DNA of 64,000 nt from the NCBI GenBank assembly GCA_958009085.1, contig OY253672.1, forward strand, positions 310,001 to 374,000, written 5' to 3'. The DNA is from Protoeuglena noctilucae. Lineage: Eukaryota. Under the pieces are notes generated by a model, which saw only the letters and a program-made list of their open reading frames with translations, was not told the DNA's origin and did not search any database. Both the position numbers and the translations under genes were made by a program. Of this stretch, positions 37,401 through 49,974 are shown piece after piece (the stretch's first letter is position 1; each line of letters opens with the position of its first letter).

Positions 37401-40400
37401 GAACGGCGCGGACGCCACGGCCCAGCTCCTGGGTCTCTACCTATCCCGGTCTGGCGCGGGGTACGCCCTGCACGCGCTGGGCAAGACCGGGGAGCCGAGG
37501 GCGGGTCGAGCCGTGACGGTCGAGCTGCAGCACCACTCCTTCACCTTTGAGACCACGAGGGACGTCCAGACTGACGAGAGGTGAGGAAGACAAGGGGGGG
37601 TGGTGTGGAAGTGGCTGACTGAGGGTGTGGGTTGCTGTGACGCGGTGACAGGAAGGGATGGAAGGTTGCATTACGGCACGGCACTCGAGCAGCAAGTACT
37701 GTAATACACGCGCCCCTTCACGCACCTGCAGGGGCTGCGTGGAGCTGGGCCACCTGGCGGGCGTGGCGGCCATCACGTGCCGATGCAGGGACGTCACCCG
37801 GACCTTCGCGCTCACCGCGGACGCCCGGGCGTCCCTCCCCGCGACGCTGAACGTCCGCGCGAACGAGCGCTTCAGTCTGGCTTGCGCGGGGTCCGTATCT
37901 AGCGTGGACTGCAGTGCCTTCTCGCTGCTCAAGGTGGCTGCCTGCGGGGAGGGCTACGAGTCGGACTGCTTCGCGTCTCTATCGGTGGAGGAGGGGCTCC
38001 TCTGCGCAAGCCTCCCGCCCGGCCGCTACTCTCTGCTCATCAAGGAGACGGGGCACGAGGTGGCCATCGAAGTGGCTGAGGTGAGGACCTCTGTGTAATT
38101 GCTGACTCCACTCTCAGGGTCAAGTCAATCGCTGAAGCCACTCTCACCTGTCCTTTCCATAACATTGTGCCACTATAGTTTCGTTCATCGCTGGTCCCGT
38201 TGCCAGTCCCAACGATGACGGTGCCATTGTCAGTGATCACTGACTGGACGCTCGCCACAGACGCACCTCACCGACTCTCGCCCGTGCTGCCAGCAGGGCT
38301 CGGACGTCGATGGCTGGATTGTGGGACCCCACCGGTCCCTGGAGGCCTCCGCCACGGAGCCCCTTCAGATCGCAGAGGTGTCGCCTTACACGCCAGGCCA
38401 GCCGCTGCGTGTGCGCCTGGTCCACTGCACGTCCCGCACGCGCCTCCACGCCATCGCCACGCGGTTCGTTCCCGACCACGATGCCTTTGGGGACCTGGGT
38501 GGACACCGGATGCCGGGCAATGCGCCACTGGCGATGGACTTCAAGGTGTGTGTGTTGGTTGTGTTCTGTGCGTATGTGTGTATTTCTACGTTGAATGTGG
38601 ATTGGCACTGTACACGCACAATCACTCTGACACGAACCACTTACTCTCAATCTCAAAACAGCCAGCCAGTTGCTTTACCATCCACTCCGCTCGTGCCAAC
38701 ACCATCGCACACGTCACACACCCTCCCTGCCCCCCTGCCTTACCGCAGTTGGCCCCGACGGAGTATCAGTCGAATCGCACTCTGTCAGAGGAGTACCAGT
38801 ACGTCCTGGCCAGGAGGGCCGCCGAGGCAGTGCCCGGCAACATGCTCCCTCGCCCCTCCCTGCTGCTCAACCCCTGGGCCGTCCGCAAGACGGGTGAGGA
38901 GGGAGCACCAGCGATCTTTTGTGGGGATTCACAGACACTGTCGTCCATACTGTGTCGCCAGCCGACACCCTGTCGCTCGCGCCCCCGTCTCTGCTGTCAA
39001 CAACGCTGCAGCACCGATGGCTGCCCTTGTCGTGATAGCACCACCCGTCATCTTATGCGCATCCATCGTCTCTGCCACCTGCAGGCACCGCGACCCGCAC
39101 CGCCCTCTGCGGTGACTCCTTCGCCCGTGGGTCGCCACCCCTGGCCTGCGCCGCAGCACCCGCCGCGGCATTCATGGCCAAAAGAGGTGCGGGCTGCTGT
39201 CCGCTGCTCTACTCTGCGCTGCTTGGCTCTCTCTACGGCACTCGCAGCCCATCTCACCTCTGCCCCACACACACCCATTCCATTCCCTCCCATCTCACCT
39301 CTGCCACATCCTCACCCCACGTACACCCATCCCATCCCATCCAACCCACCCCATCTCACCTCTTCTCTGCAGGCTCCGACCTCTCCCAGGACGCGGGCTT
39401 CTCCACCCTGGACTTCCTCGCCACCCCCTCCGCCGTGGCACTCAACCTGACGCCGGACGACACGGGCCTGGTGACGGTCCCGGCAGACATCGTCGACCGT
39501 GCTGGTGTGGTTACCTTGGTGGCGGTGGATGGCAGTGAGACGGCCACGAGAAGGGTGGCGCTGCGGGGGACGAGGGAGGTCGCCTGCACGGACCGACGAA
39601 TGGCGCAGCCGCTGGATCCGGAGGGGAGATACCAGGAGGTCATGAGGTGAGGGTGGGGGCCGGGGTGGTAGCAACTGCAGGGGAAGTGCAGAGGGCAGGG
39701 CAGACACGCTCCCGGCACCTCCCACACCCCATGTGGGAGTGTCCCTCCATCCCCTCGCATCTCCCATCTCTCACCTTTCTCTGCACCTGCCGAGTTCCCA
39801 TTTACAGCCATGCACCGTGCCCCCAGGTGCACGGTGCTGCGCCCGGGCGTCGCCCTGCGCATCGCCGACGTTGCCACAGCCCAGATCGCCTGCTTCCCCA
39901 CCGTCGCGTCCCTCTTCACTCTGCTCTGCGCCCTCTCCGCCAACGCCACCCTCCGCACCGCGTTCGAATTCCTCGCACGCTGGCCGGACCTGTCCCTGGT
40001 GAGCCCAGCTGCCCACGACTGCTGCTATGGATAACGGCACCGCAAAACCTCCCTTCTGCTGCCCCTGGTGCCTCGCGTGTCATGGAGACCATCTCTCTTG
40101 ATAACAAAGCCTCTTCTGTGCTGTCCCTGGTGCCTCGTGCTCCGTCGCCCACCCAACGCACCCCACTACACATCGCCTCCCACCCACCCAACCTCTCGCC
40201 TCGGCCCCACCCCCACGACCGCCCCTCCCCTTGCTTTCAGGACGAGAAGCGCCGCAAGTACAGCGACTACGCCTGCCACGAGCTGCACCTCTTCCTGCGC
40301 CGCAAGGACCCGGCCTTCTTTGACGATGTGGTCCGTCCCTACCTCCGCCACAAGAGGCACAAGACGTTCATGGATCAATACCTGCTGATGGCCGACGACA

Positions 40401-43400
40401 AGAGCGGGGCTGAGCTTGTGGAGTTCCTCGACCCGCCGCGCCTGGCCGCTCTTAACGCCTGCGAGCGGGTGCTGCTGGCCAGGGCGCTGGATGAGGCGGG
40501 GGTGCGGCCCACGGGGGTCCCGGGGGCCACCCACCGGGAGCTGGAGCGTAAGGTGGGGGCTGGTGGGATGAGGAGTCGTGTGATGCGCGCTGTGGTGGGC
40601 GCGGTTGATGTGACGTGTTGGCGAAAACTCATATGCCGCTCTCTCCACTGCGCCCACAGCTCCCCCACGCTCACTCGCACCTGTGCAGCTTATAACCCAT
40701 CCATCTGAGCAACAGTGCCTTTCATCCATCATACTCACTCCCTCCCACCCCGTTCCCCCAGCATATTGCGGATGCGCTGGCGTGCGCCCCGCCTGACCCC
40801 GAGACCTGGCAGCGTCTCTTCCAGTCGGCGCTGATGGTCGGGTCGCTGTCTGGGTCCAACGAGGAATTCGAGAAGCACAAGAGGGAGGCGCAGGACAGGG
40901 CCCGGAGGGGCCAGGGAGGGCGGGAGGGCTTAGAGAAGGAGGCAGATTGGGAGGTGGTGGAGCGAGAGGGGCGCGCGGCGTCGTGGACGGAGGAAGAGAG
41001 CGATATGTGCGACGATCTCATGAGCCTGTCTGCGCCCGGGGCCGCGACGGTGACGGGGTACGGGTCCTCAAGAGGAGCGCCGCCCCCGCCGCCAGCTCTG
41101 GGCATGGCGCCAGCCCCTGCGCCACAGAGCCGCAGCCGACGTGAGACGGGGCGGGGGTAGCGGGCAGGGTGGCTTGGATCGCTGTGACTTGCCGCGATGT
41201 CGCCAGGTGTTGGGTCGTATCTGTGTGCATGGATGTGTGCTTGAGTTTGTTGATGGGTGCTACCCACGTGGTGTCTTGCAGGGGCCGAAGCGCTGGACGA
41301 GAGGAGCGCGGCGCCAAAGGCCCAGGTGAGCCGCGGCTGCCTCGCGTGTGCTTTGCGCAGAGTGCTTTAATGTTGAAAGACCGCGTCGGCAGTGTCGTGT
41401 TAAGAACACGGCGGCGTTGGTATCGCTTGTGCTGCAACGGGCACACACCCCGCACACACCACGCTTGCAGCCTTTCAAGAAGATGGCGCTCCCGAGGCCG
41501 GTCCCCGACGTGGCGGCGTTGCGCAAGGAAGCCAAGCCCCTCTTCCAGCCTGTCGACGCCACAGGTACGTGATGGCAGACGCAGCTGATACACGGCTTGC
41601 AAGGCAACAGCCCAGCCTTCATCTCAACCCCCATGACACCCTCCCTCTGACCCATGTGCCCCATGTCTCACGCAGAGGAGTTGGCCGAGACGCACTACTA
41701 CCGCCAGAGCCTGCGAGCCCAGGACGCCTCCCTCGTCACGCCCTCGCGTTTCTGGCAGGACCTGGCGGCCCACGACTCGGGCCCGTTCGTCTCTGGGTCG
41801 GTCCTCTGCGCCCACCGGAGCCTCACCGAGGCCCTCCTGGCCCTCGCACTCACGGACCTCCCCTTCGCAGCGGCAGCCACCAACCAGGACTTCACGGCGA
41901 TGAGCATGCAGCTGCGCTTGGCGCCCGGGGCGTCGCCCACCGCCGCCGCGCTCGCCCTGCACCGAGAGATCGCCACCGACACCGACACTGGTATCAGTGA
42001 TGTCGGCACCAGCAGCAGTCACGGCACCGATGGCGGCGGGACTGCCACCCCCGCCCTTGGCCCGGTGCTCGTGAGCCAGCGGCTGGTGCGGACGGACGAC
42101 GCCGTTCGCGTGGTGGACGGGGAGAGGGTGCACAAGTTCGTGGACCCCAGTCGCTGCGTGGCCCAGGCAGAGTACCGCACCCAGGTCGTCCTCACCAGAC
42201 CCACGCCGGCCGTGCGCAAGCTGTCGGTGCTCATGCAGGTGAGGGGAATGGTTGAGGGTGGCAAAGGTGCGTGATATGACTGCCAAGCCCTGCGGGTACC
42301 TGCAGAGTGACACTGAGCTACATGCCTGCCTAGCCTGGCCATCGCTTGCACAATCCCTGGCAGCTCCTATCAATCGCACATGTCACCCGCATCCTCCCTC
42401 CCCGCTTCCCCTCTCACACCCATCTCCCCTCGTCCCTGCGCCCTCCCCAGGTCCCCGAGGGCGCCGTGCCCACGTCGGGCAGCTGGCCCACCCGCAGCAC
42501 GGCCGTCACCCTCAGTCCCTTCAGCGCCCAGTCCCTGGAGCAGAGCTTCTACTTCCCGCACCCCGGCAGCTTCCGCCACTGCCCCGCCTGCATTGCCGAG
42601 AAGGGCGCCGTCGTGGCCAGGGCCGACCCTGCGGCCGTGACGGTGGCAAAGACCGAGGCTGAGGCCGACCAAGGGAGCTGGGAGTGGGTGTCGCAGGCGA
42701 GAGCTGAATGTGATGTGGAAAGTAGTTTGACAATGACGGGGGGCTTTGCACTGCTAGTGCGCCGCAGCTCGTTTCGGAACGACACATCGTATGGGGACGT
42801 GCTGCGCATGAATTGAACTTCGCCCGCTCCCACCGTGGCTGCAGAAGGCTTCCCTGGATGAGCTCCTCGCGTACCTGCGGACGGAGAACCTCCAGGCGGT
42901 CGACCTGACCATGATGTGAGTGCTGCAGCCATGACGATATGACGTCGTCCATCAGCATGTGATGATGATACACTGAGCCTTCACTACCACCAACGTATGG
43001 TCAGTGTAACCTGTGTTCACCATGCGCCTCTGTATAACATATGGTCCCAGCCAATGCTGTCCTCTCCCCCGCAGTGCCTGGCGCGTCCGCGACCGTGCGT
43101 CCTTTGACGCCATCACGGCCGCACTGCGCGACCGTCGGTGCTTCCACGGACCCATCTGGGCCTACGCCTTCCTCCACCAGGACAAGCGCACGCTGGGAGA
43201 GATGCTCAGGGCCATGCTGGACGACGAATGCCCGGTCGGGTGAGCGGCAATGATGGAGTTGAGCGGTGGCGGGGTTGCTAGCAGCGTTGAGCGTCACTTA
43301 CATGGAAGAACAACGGGCTGCGTGCGTGACTGGCTGGTTTCCAAACCGAATGGACTGTCCTGACCTTTGTGGACACTCTGCAACCCTGTCAGCCACCCCA

Positions 43401-45212
43401 CCCCCGATGCCCCAGTCCGTGGTTCGAGGGCTGTGACTTGCTGGGCACCGTCAGTGCCGAAGAGCTGGGGGAGTACGAGCACCTCGACTATGCCCCGCTC
43501 ATCAACGCCCGCGCGCACCGCCTGGGCCAGCGGCGAGAGATCCTCAACGGCAGCTTCGCCGCCCAGTACAAGCGCCTGCTGCACATGCTCTGCCACAAGC
43601 CGCGCCTGGCGGATGCCGACTGGATGGCCGTGGCGGGGTACCTGCTGCTGCAAGTGAGACGCGAGATGCGATTACCTCATAGTGTGCACGTCACGCAACT
43701 GCAGGATCTCACTGCACTGCACATTCGCACCTGCTCTGTACCTATGGGGCCCCATGGACAGCCCTCCGCTCGCCGGTCGCCAATGCCAACCTGTCACTTT
43801 CTCACCGACCCCACATCTGTCATCGCAGGACCGCCCCAGGGAGGCCCAGGCGGCATTTGCGCGGGTCCGCCGGGACGCGTGCGGCTGTGAGCTGCAGTAC
43901 GACTATCTCCACTGCTACCTCCTGTTCTTCTCCGAGGTTAGCAGATGACGCGCTGATGATAGTCTGGTGTGACATGAGAGACGAGTTATACTGTAGGGCC
44001 ATACTGCAGCTACTGTACATGTCTGGCTGCCCATCCACCATACCCTCATTGATACGGATCACCACTTCTTTCCATTCCGTAGTGTCCCGAGGACGCTCGT
44101 CCGATGGCGCAGCGCTACGCCCAGTACCCGGTGCTGCGGTGGCGGGGGCGCTTCCTCGCCGTGCTGCAACACCTGGACGAGGCGCGGGGGGGCGCGGGGG
44201 AGGGGCAGGCCGCTCCCGGTGCGTTCCTGCGAAACCCTACCTTGCTATAAATCCTGTGTATGCAGCGTGGAAAGCTCCCATAACTTCTGATATGTGCATG
44301 GGTGGTCCAACACTCCCGCCCACATTGCAACGCTGCTGCATGTACAGCACACGCACCAGTCCACGCATTCACGCATATGCCTGTGTACCACACCTGCCCC
44401 ACCCTGACGTGACCCCGCAGATGCGGGAGAGGACCGCGACAGGGACGCCCGTATGGCCGCGGCTGCGTCCACGGAGCCCTCCCTCTCTCTGGAGGCGTCC
44501 GATGGCCGCGTCCTCATCCGCCACGAGAACGCCGCCGAGTGCGTCGTCAATCTCTACGCCATGGACGTCGAGCACCTCTTCTCCATCCAGCCATTCATGC
44601 AGGCGAGTTAGTGCTGGCGGGAAGTGACTGTGAAGTACCAGTGCATTGTGGCCTGGTATCTATGGCTTGGTAGATGTGCGACCCTCACACCATGGGCACG
44701 TCAGGTCGTGTCCCACACCAACCACCCGCCCCCTTCACCATTCTTCGCAGAGGGACGGCCAGGACCGCTTCAGTTTCGTGTCGCCCAACGCCACCTTCCG
44801 CGTCACACTTTCAGGCGGAGGGCGGGGCGCGGGGGTCACCCCGTTCGACCTGCCCCCCGACCTGAGCCGTGCTGACGTCATGGTGGAGGCCCTGAGCGGG
44901 TCGGCCCGGGCCGTGCGGGCGCTGTACAGCTCCCGGCTCACCGTGGCCGTCACAGAGGCCTTCGGTCAGCTCCGGGCATCGGACAAGGATACCGGGGCTC
45001 CGGTGCCGGCGGCGTACGTGAAGGTGTTTGCGAGGGACCACGGCGGGGCCTCCCGCTTCTACAAGGACGGGTACACGGACGTCCGTGGCCGCTTCGACTA
45101 CGCCAGCCTCAGCACCGAGGGCGACCTGGGGCGCGTGGCGCGGTTCGCCATCCTCGTGATGGGCGCCAGCCACGGCGCGGTGCTGTGCGATTGCGGCAAG
45201 CCCAGCTCGTGA
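34424..45212 (+). CDS. Very large (~2000 aa, >25 exons) uncharacterised protein with helical N-terminus and beta-sandwich (macroglobulin-like) segments
   Basis: Continuous chain of GC3-biased exons with GT/GC-AG boundaries: DKAIAALVPGSED, RQALL..HQR, VQNVPSLTVQVFEMNAVNYW..IDLDGLVA, GTYIVELIGGGQSSRCLVRKG, SEEYQYVLARR..PGNMLPRPSLLLNPW, YSDYACHELHLFL..KDPAFF, ELAETHYY, YEHLDYAPLINARAH, C-terminal YVKVFAR..FYKDGYTDVRGRFDYASLS. Start is 34424 (needs a frameshift) or 34477. Confidence 0.85.
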
Positions 45213-45351
45213 GCGAAGCGTCGGTTCAGGGCGCCTGGCCGAGACGGTGAGCGCCGCCGCCGCGAGGCGAGGAACGGGGAGCTGTCCGGAACTGGTAGGT
45301 ACTAGGAGCAACTAGACGGTACCTAGTTACTGCAAGCGTTACGTATGCACA

Positions 45352-45356
45352 TGTAA
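45352..45356 (+). terminator. Candidate TGTAA polyadenylation signal of the large gene
   Basis: TGTAA 140 nt after stop 45212 in an AT-richer stretch. Confidence 0.45.
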
Positions 45357-45573
45357 GGTACTTGGAGTAGGCTGCACATGTCCGCTGGGTCGGTCGTTGG
45401 AGGTCGCGCTCTCATATAAGTGCTCTTTGTGCGATGTGATCTGCGATGAACGAGGATGCTGGATCAGGAGCGGCGGTCCCGTGCTTGGCCGCCGCCCCTC
45501 TTGGAACGATGGGCAAGGGACCCGAGGTGACTGGTCCCTTGCTAGGAGCGGCCCCCTCTGAGTAGTGATGATG

Positions 45574-48500
45574 TCAGGATGGCCCGTGGATGATGCCGGC
45601 TGTGAGGAGGCGCCTGCGGGGAAGGGCCAAGGCAGGGCATCGATGCATCCCCAACTGCCGCCATCGCATGCCAGCTGCCTGTGCACTGAGCCCATCAGGC
45701 CCCGCCCCGCACCAGGCCTTGGGGGCGGCCCAGGTGTCCGCCTGGCCCTTGGGCGTCATCTCCCGGCTGGTGCTGCTCAGGGTGCCCGAGTGGTAGCCAG
45801 ACTCCCCGTCGGCCTTGCCCGAGTCCGTGCAGTTGGCTGCAGGGCAAGCGAGCACAGAGCTCAGCACAGGGGCAGTGGTCCGCTATGAGGCACACGGGGG
45901 GCGGCACAGAGGGACGTCGCTTGTGTTCCGACACTCGCCAAAAACGAGGGCGGGGTTGGTGATCTCCTTGCTCCTCGGCACGCAGTTGGGCGTGTCGGAC
46001 GCGCTCTCTGCCATGGGCCCCGACAGCTCGGCCGCGCCCAGGTCGGCCACACGCAGCGCCCCCAGGATGCCGCCCCACGCCCCGTACTGCGGAGCGAGGC
46101 GGCAGTGAAGGCTTTGGGAGGCTCTGCAGCTTGGGGCTTTCGTGGGTCACCCCGAGTGTACTAAGCGCACCTGGGCGCTGTGCTCTCCCAGGGCCATCCC
46201 CGCGTCCTGCCGGGGCTGCTGATCGCCGATGTCCTCGTCCCCGTCCGCGTCCGAGGCCTCCAGCTCGGGGCCCAGGTGCCACGAGGCGCCCATCGCCGTA
46301 CGCAGGTGCAGGCGAGGACCGTGCACCTGCATGGGGCGACACCCTTGTCAGCGGCACTCATGCGTGGCGCTCTGCGGCACACGAACATGTGCCAGCCCAC
46401 CCTCGCTGCCAGCGGCACTCACGATGGGCACTGGGATGCCTCCAGGCAGGGGCGGGAGGGAGGGGTCGAGCCTGCGAGCACGGTGAGCCCAGACCGCGAT
46501 GCCACTCCGTGCTGGGTAAAGGTACATGGTGGCCTGCGCGTGCCAGTGCCACTCACGTGTAGCCGCCCTGCATGGCAGGCCAGGTGGCGGTGGACGGCAG
46601 CATCGATGAGGCACCGGGGTTGTGGTGGTACACGTGGCGGTCTGTAGGCGGGCAATCAGCATGCATGTGGGCCGGCGACTCGTGGCGCGGTGGCACGGAC
46701 AGGTTTCCCGGCGCCGAGATGTTCTGGTAGAGGGGCGGGGTGGCGAAGGGCCCGGCGTACCGCGGCCGGCGTTGCACGGGCACGTCCGACATGATGCTGC
46801 GCGGGGCGCGGGGGATCCCGCTCGCCAGCGGGGGGCCCACCGTGCTCTGGCCCGAGTACCCGCGGCTCTGGTCCGACCCCGACTGCGACCCGCCACGGCT
46901 GCGCTTGGACCCGCCCCTGCGGGAAGGGGAAGCGGGTGACCCGTCTCTTGCCCAGCCTCTCGGTCTATGTCTTGGTACGATCGGTGCATTCGCGTCTCAT
47001 CCTTGCACCGCCGCACCTCCCGTGCGCGTGCCCGGAGCTGCTGGGGATGCTGAGCAGGGTGTCGGCGTCGTCGAGGGCGGGCGTGGTGCGGCGCACGCGG
47101 CCCGACCTCCTGGTGGCCGCGTCGTGGCTGGCGGGCGGGTCGGCCTGAAACATGAGGCTGCAGCACCCGAAGTTGGGCAGGTCCGAGGCGCGCTCCTGGC
47201 CCCGGTCCCACCACGGCACGTTGCGGAGCAGCTCCCCCTCCAGGCCCAGGCTGCGCAGGAAGTCCTCGTCCCTGAAGCGCCCCGCCAGCCAGTCCTGCGA
47301 GAGTACGCCGCAGGAGGCGGGCTTCAGGCAAGAGCGCGACTCGCTGGGTGGGGTGCATGAATTGCACGGTGGATCTGCACCGCACCTGCTCCCCGCGCCG
47401 GAACTTCTGGAATGCCCTGCCCGCGTCCGTCTCCCGCCATCTCTGCGGCCGGCACCGAGTTGTGGCCTTTCGCGCGTGCGCCGGTGGTTGGCTAGCGCTG
47501 CTGGGGAGGGTTACGACGGGCCAGGCACCTTGAACTCGCCATAGTCGAGGAGCGGAAGCACGCGGGGGTCGGTGAGGGGGCTGATGGCGTGGGTCAGCAG
47601 GGGCACGAGTGTCAGGCGCAGCCCCCGGTTCTTGGTCGCCCCAGCCTCTGCGGATGGGTGGAGGCGTGGGCAAGCGTGGCACCAGCATCGCGCCAAGCAG
47701 TGTGTGCAAGTCCATCCCCAACACCAGGGACAACGCCCAGCGTGGACCTGCAAAACGCGTGCTCACCCGCGTTGGTGGTGGCGTGCACGACGCCAAACAC
47801 GGACCCGACGGTCAGTCCCGCCCAGCCCTTGGCGCTGGCCTCGCTCGGCTGCTTGACGCACAAAACCGTGGCCCCCGTCTTGGCGTGGGGCTCGCAGGGG
47901 CCCCGGTTGATCTTGACCTCCAGGTAGCCGCGCGCCGGGTCGGCGCTGATGGGGGCGCAGAGCGGCAGCTGGCACACGCCGCCCTCCAGCAGCCCCACGC
48001 GCTTGCACAGCCGCGTCCGCAGCACCGGCTGCGCCGCGCCCGCCGGCAGCCCCGGCGGGCGCGGGACCCCGGGCTGGAAGCGGTAGATGCCCTGGCGCGC
48101 GCAGTAGTCGCTGTCCTGGAGGATGCCGGATTCGGTCAGCACCTGCCACCGCCACTGCTCGTAGTCGGGGTCGTCCTGCTCCGCGCTGGGAACCCACACG
48201 TCGTCCTGCTTGTGCGGGAGATGCTGGATTGCGCTGCATGCCGCGACAGCCTGGCCACAGCGCTCGGCGCATCACAGCCTGCCTCGCCTCGTACGCGCCC
48301 GTTTCCAGCCCCTCGAGGACAGGGGCGGCCTCGGACCTCCTGCCCGGGAAAACGCCAAAGATGGCCTCCGCTTGCTTCTGCGTCGCCATGTCAGAGGTCG
48401 CGGGGTGGGTGAACCATGGAAAGCCAGGGGCCCACACGCTGAGAGCCGAGGTCTCTCTGAGCGCACCTCAATGGACACGAACTCGGCGACTAAAAGGGGC

Positions 48501-49015
48501 TTTCTGCTCGATAAGAAGAGCTCGGCGACGTAGACGCCGTGGCGGTTCTGCGGGGGGTCGAGATGGTCTGTCGCTGTCGCCGGCTAGCAAGCAGCTGCAC
48601 CCTTACGTACCCGCGCCTGGCTCACCTTCGTCTCCTCATATTCCGCGATGAGCTGCGCACGGAGCTGCTGGTTCTTGCATGAGCTGTAGAGCCTCGCGAT
48701 CTCCTCCGTGGGCTCCAGGCCAGGGTCCCGAATGTCGCCCTCAAACTGGCCTTGGAAAACGCGCTCCCAACGCCACTGCGGCACGAGGACCTCGCGACGC
48801 TTATTTATTGCGAAGATAATACGCTTGCTGGCTCCAAGACCCGCGGCCGCCAGCCACCGCGGAGGGCGGCGCCCCCACCCTGCGCGCATGCTCGCCTGCG
48901 CGACGATCAGAGCGGGATGCACGAGACGGCCGATGGACCTCGTTTGTGATGGGGGCTGCAGAACCGCCTGGCCAGTGGCTCCCGACGACGACTTCTGAGC
49001 GCAGGGACGCGGCAT
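45574..49015 (-). CDS. Hypothetical multi-exon protein of unknown family; both ends uncertain
   Basis: Minus-strand GC3-biased segments bounded by splice sites: WRWERVFQGQFEGDIRDPG..AEYEETK|PATATDHLD..AEFVSIE|KQAEAIFG..|DDVWVPSAEQDDPDYEQWRWQVLTESGIL..GYLEVKINRG..; FRDEDFLRSLGLEGELLRNVPWWDRG. Confidence 0.45.
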
Positions 49016-49974
49016 CTCGGGTACCAGGCTGCCATGCCACCGCCGCAGCACGAATGCGGGTCGCGGGCTTCTCCTGCCGGGGCCAGCAGCCTCTCGGCAT
49101 CCATGCAACAACGCGGGCAGGTATCGGCGTGCGAAATCGGGCGCGCGCGGGGCCCCGGGCGGGTCCGCCGGTCAAACAAGTTGGTTCCCGGCCGACAGAC
49201 CGAGCCTTCGATGCAAAGGGACCCCGCAACCTCGCACACCCCGACATCGAAACGTCGCGTTGCGTCACGATCCGTCGGAAGCTCGCCGCTGCCGCTGGGA
49301 CTCCGATCAAGGTCAAGGCCCGATTCCTCGACCCCAGGTGCAAACAAACTGGCGACCACATTGCAGCCGCATCGTTGATGCAAATATGTTCCACAGGAGC
49401 AGCGCTGCGCTGTCGCATTCAGACCCAATGCGACGCACGAGAGGAAATAGGGTCTGCCGGTCCGCGAGGGCCGCCGAGGCCCCGGGAACGCGTAGAGACT
49501 GGATGTGCATGCTAAATAGGGACAAATCAACACACCGCCATGTCGATGGGCAGCCTAGCCAGGCCACAGAGCTCGCCTTCCCCATGCCTGCTCCCAGGTC
49601 GTTACGCGTTATCTCCGCGACATGAACGGGATCGGCGTTGGCAGCTGCGGAAGTCGGATTGAGAGCTTGCCGGGACTCGGCAGGAGGCTTGTCAAAAACT
49701 TCTCTGTGATCTGTTGCACTCCTGAATCAGCGCAAGCGACTGTTGCTGCAGACAAGAAAGCCGGCAAGAGCGCACCAGGGACAACGGCAAGCCCGCTTCT
49801 TCGCCGCTGCCGTCACTGGGAGCAGCGCCCTGCGACGAAAAGGTGCTTTTAGCGCGGTGCTGTGGGCCTGTTCCTGCGGCGGGGGTGATCACCACTCGGC
49901 CAGGACCCCAGCAGCGCAGGACCCTCTGCGAACTTCCGTGCTGGAAGTTCGCGCCTGAATCAGCGGCAGGGGCC

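Noticed and set aside
45295..45330. Clusters of CTAG near gene ends (also 4851-4868)
   Set aside because: Explained by release from TA/TAG avoidance in non-coding 3' regions. There is no consistent spacing or flanking motif.
48776..48895. HMG-box-like peptide KRIIFAINKRREVL in ORF 48584-49111
   Set aside because: It lies within an inferred GC-AG intron (CAG|gcgagc...ccgcag), so it is probably not coding.
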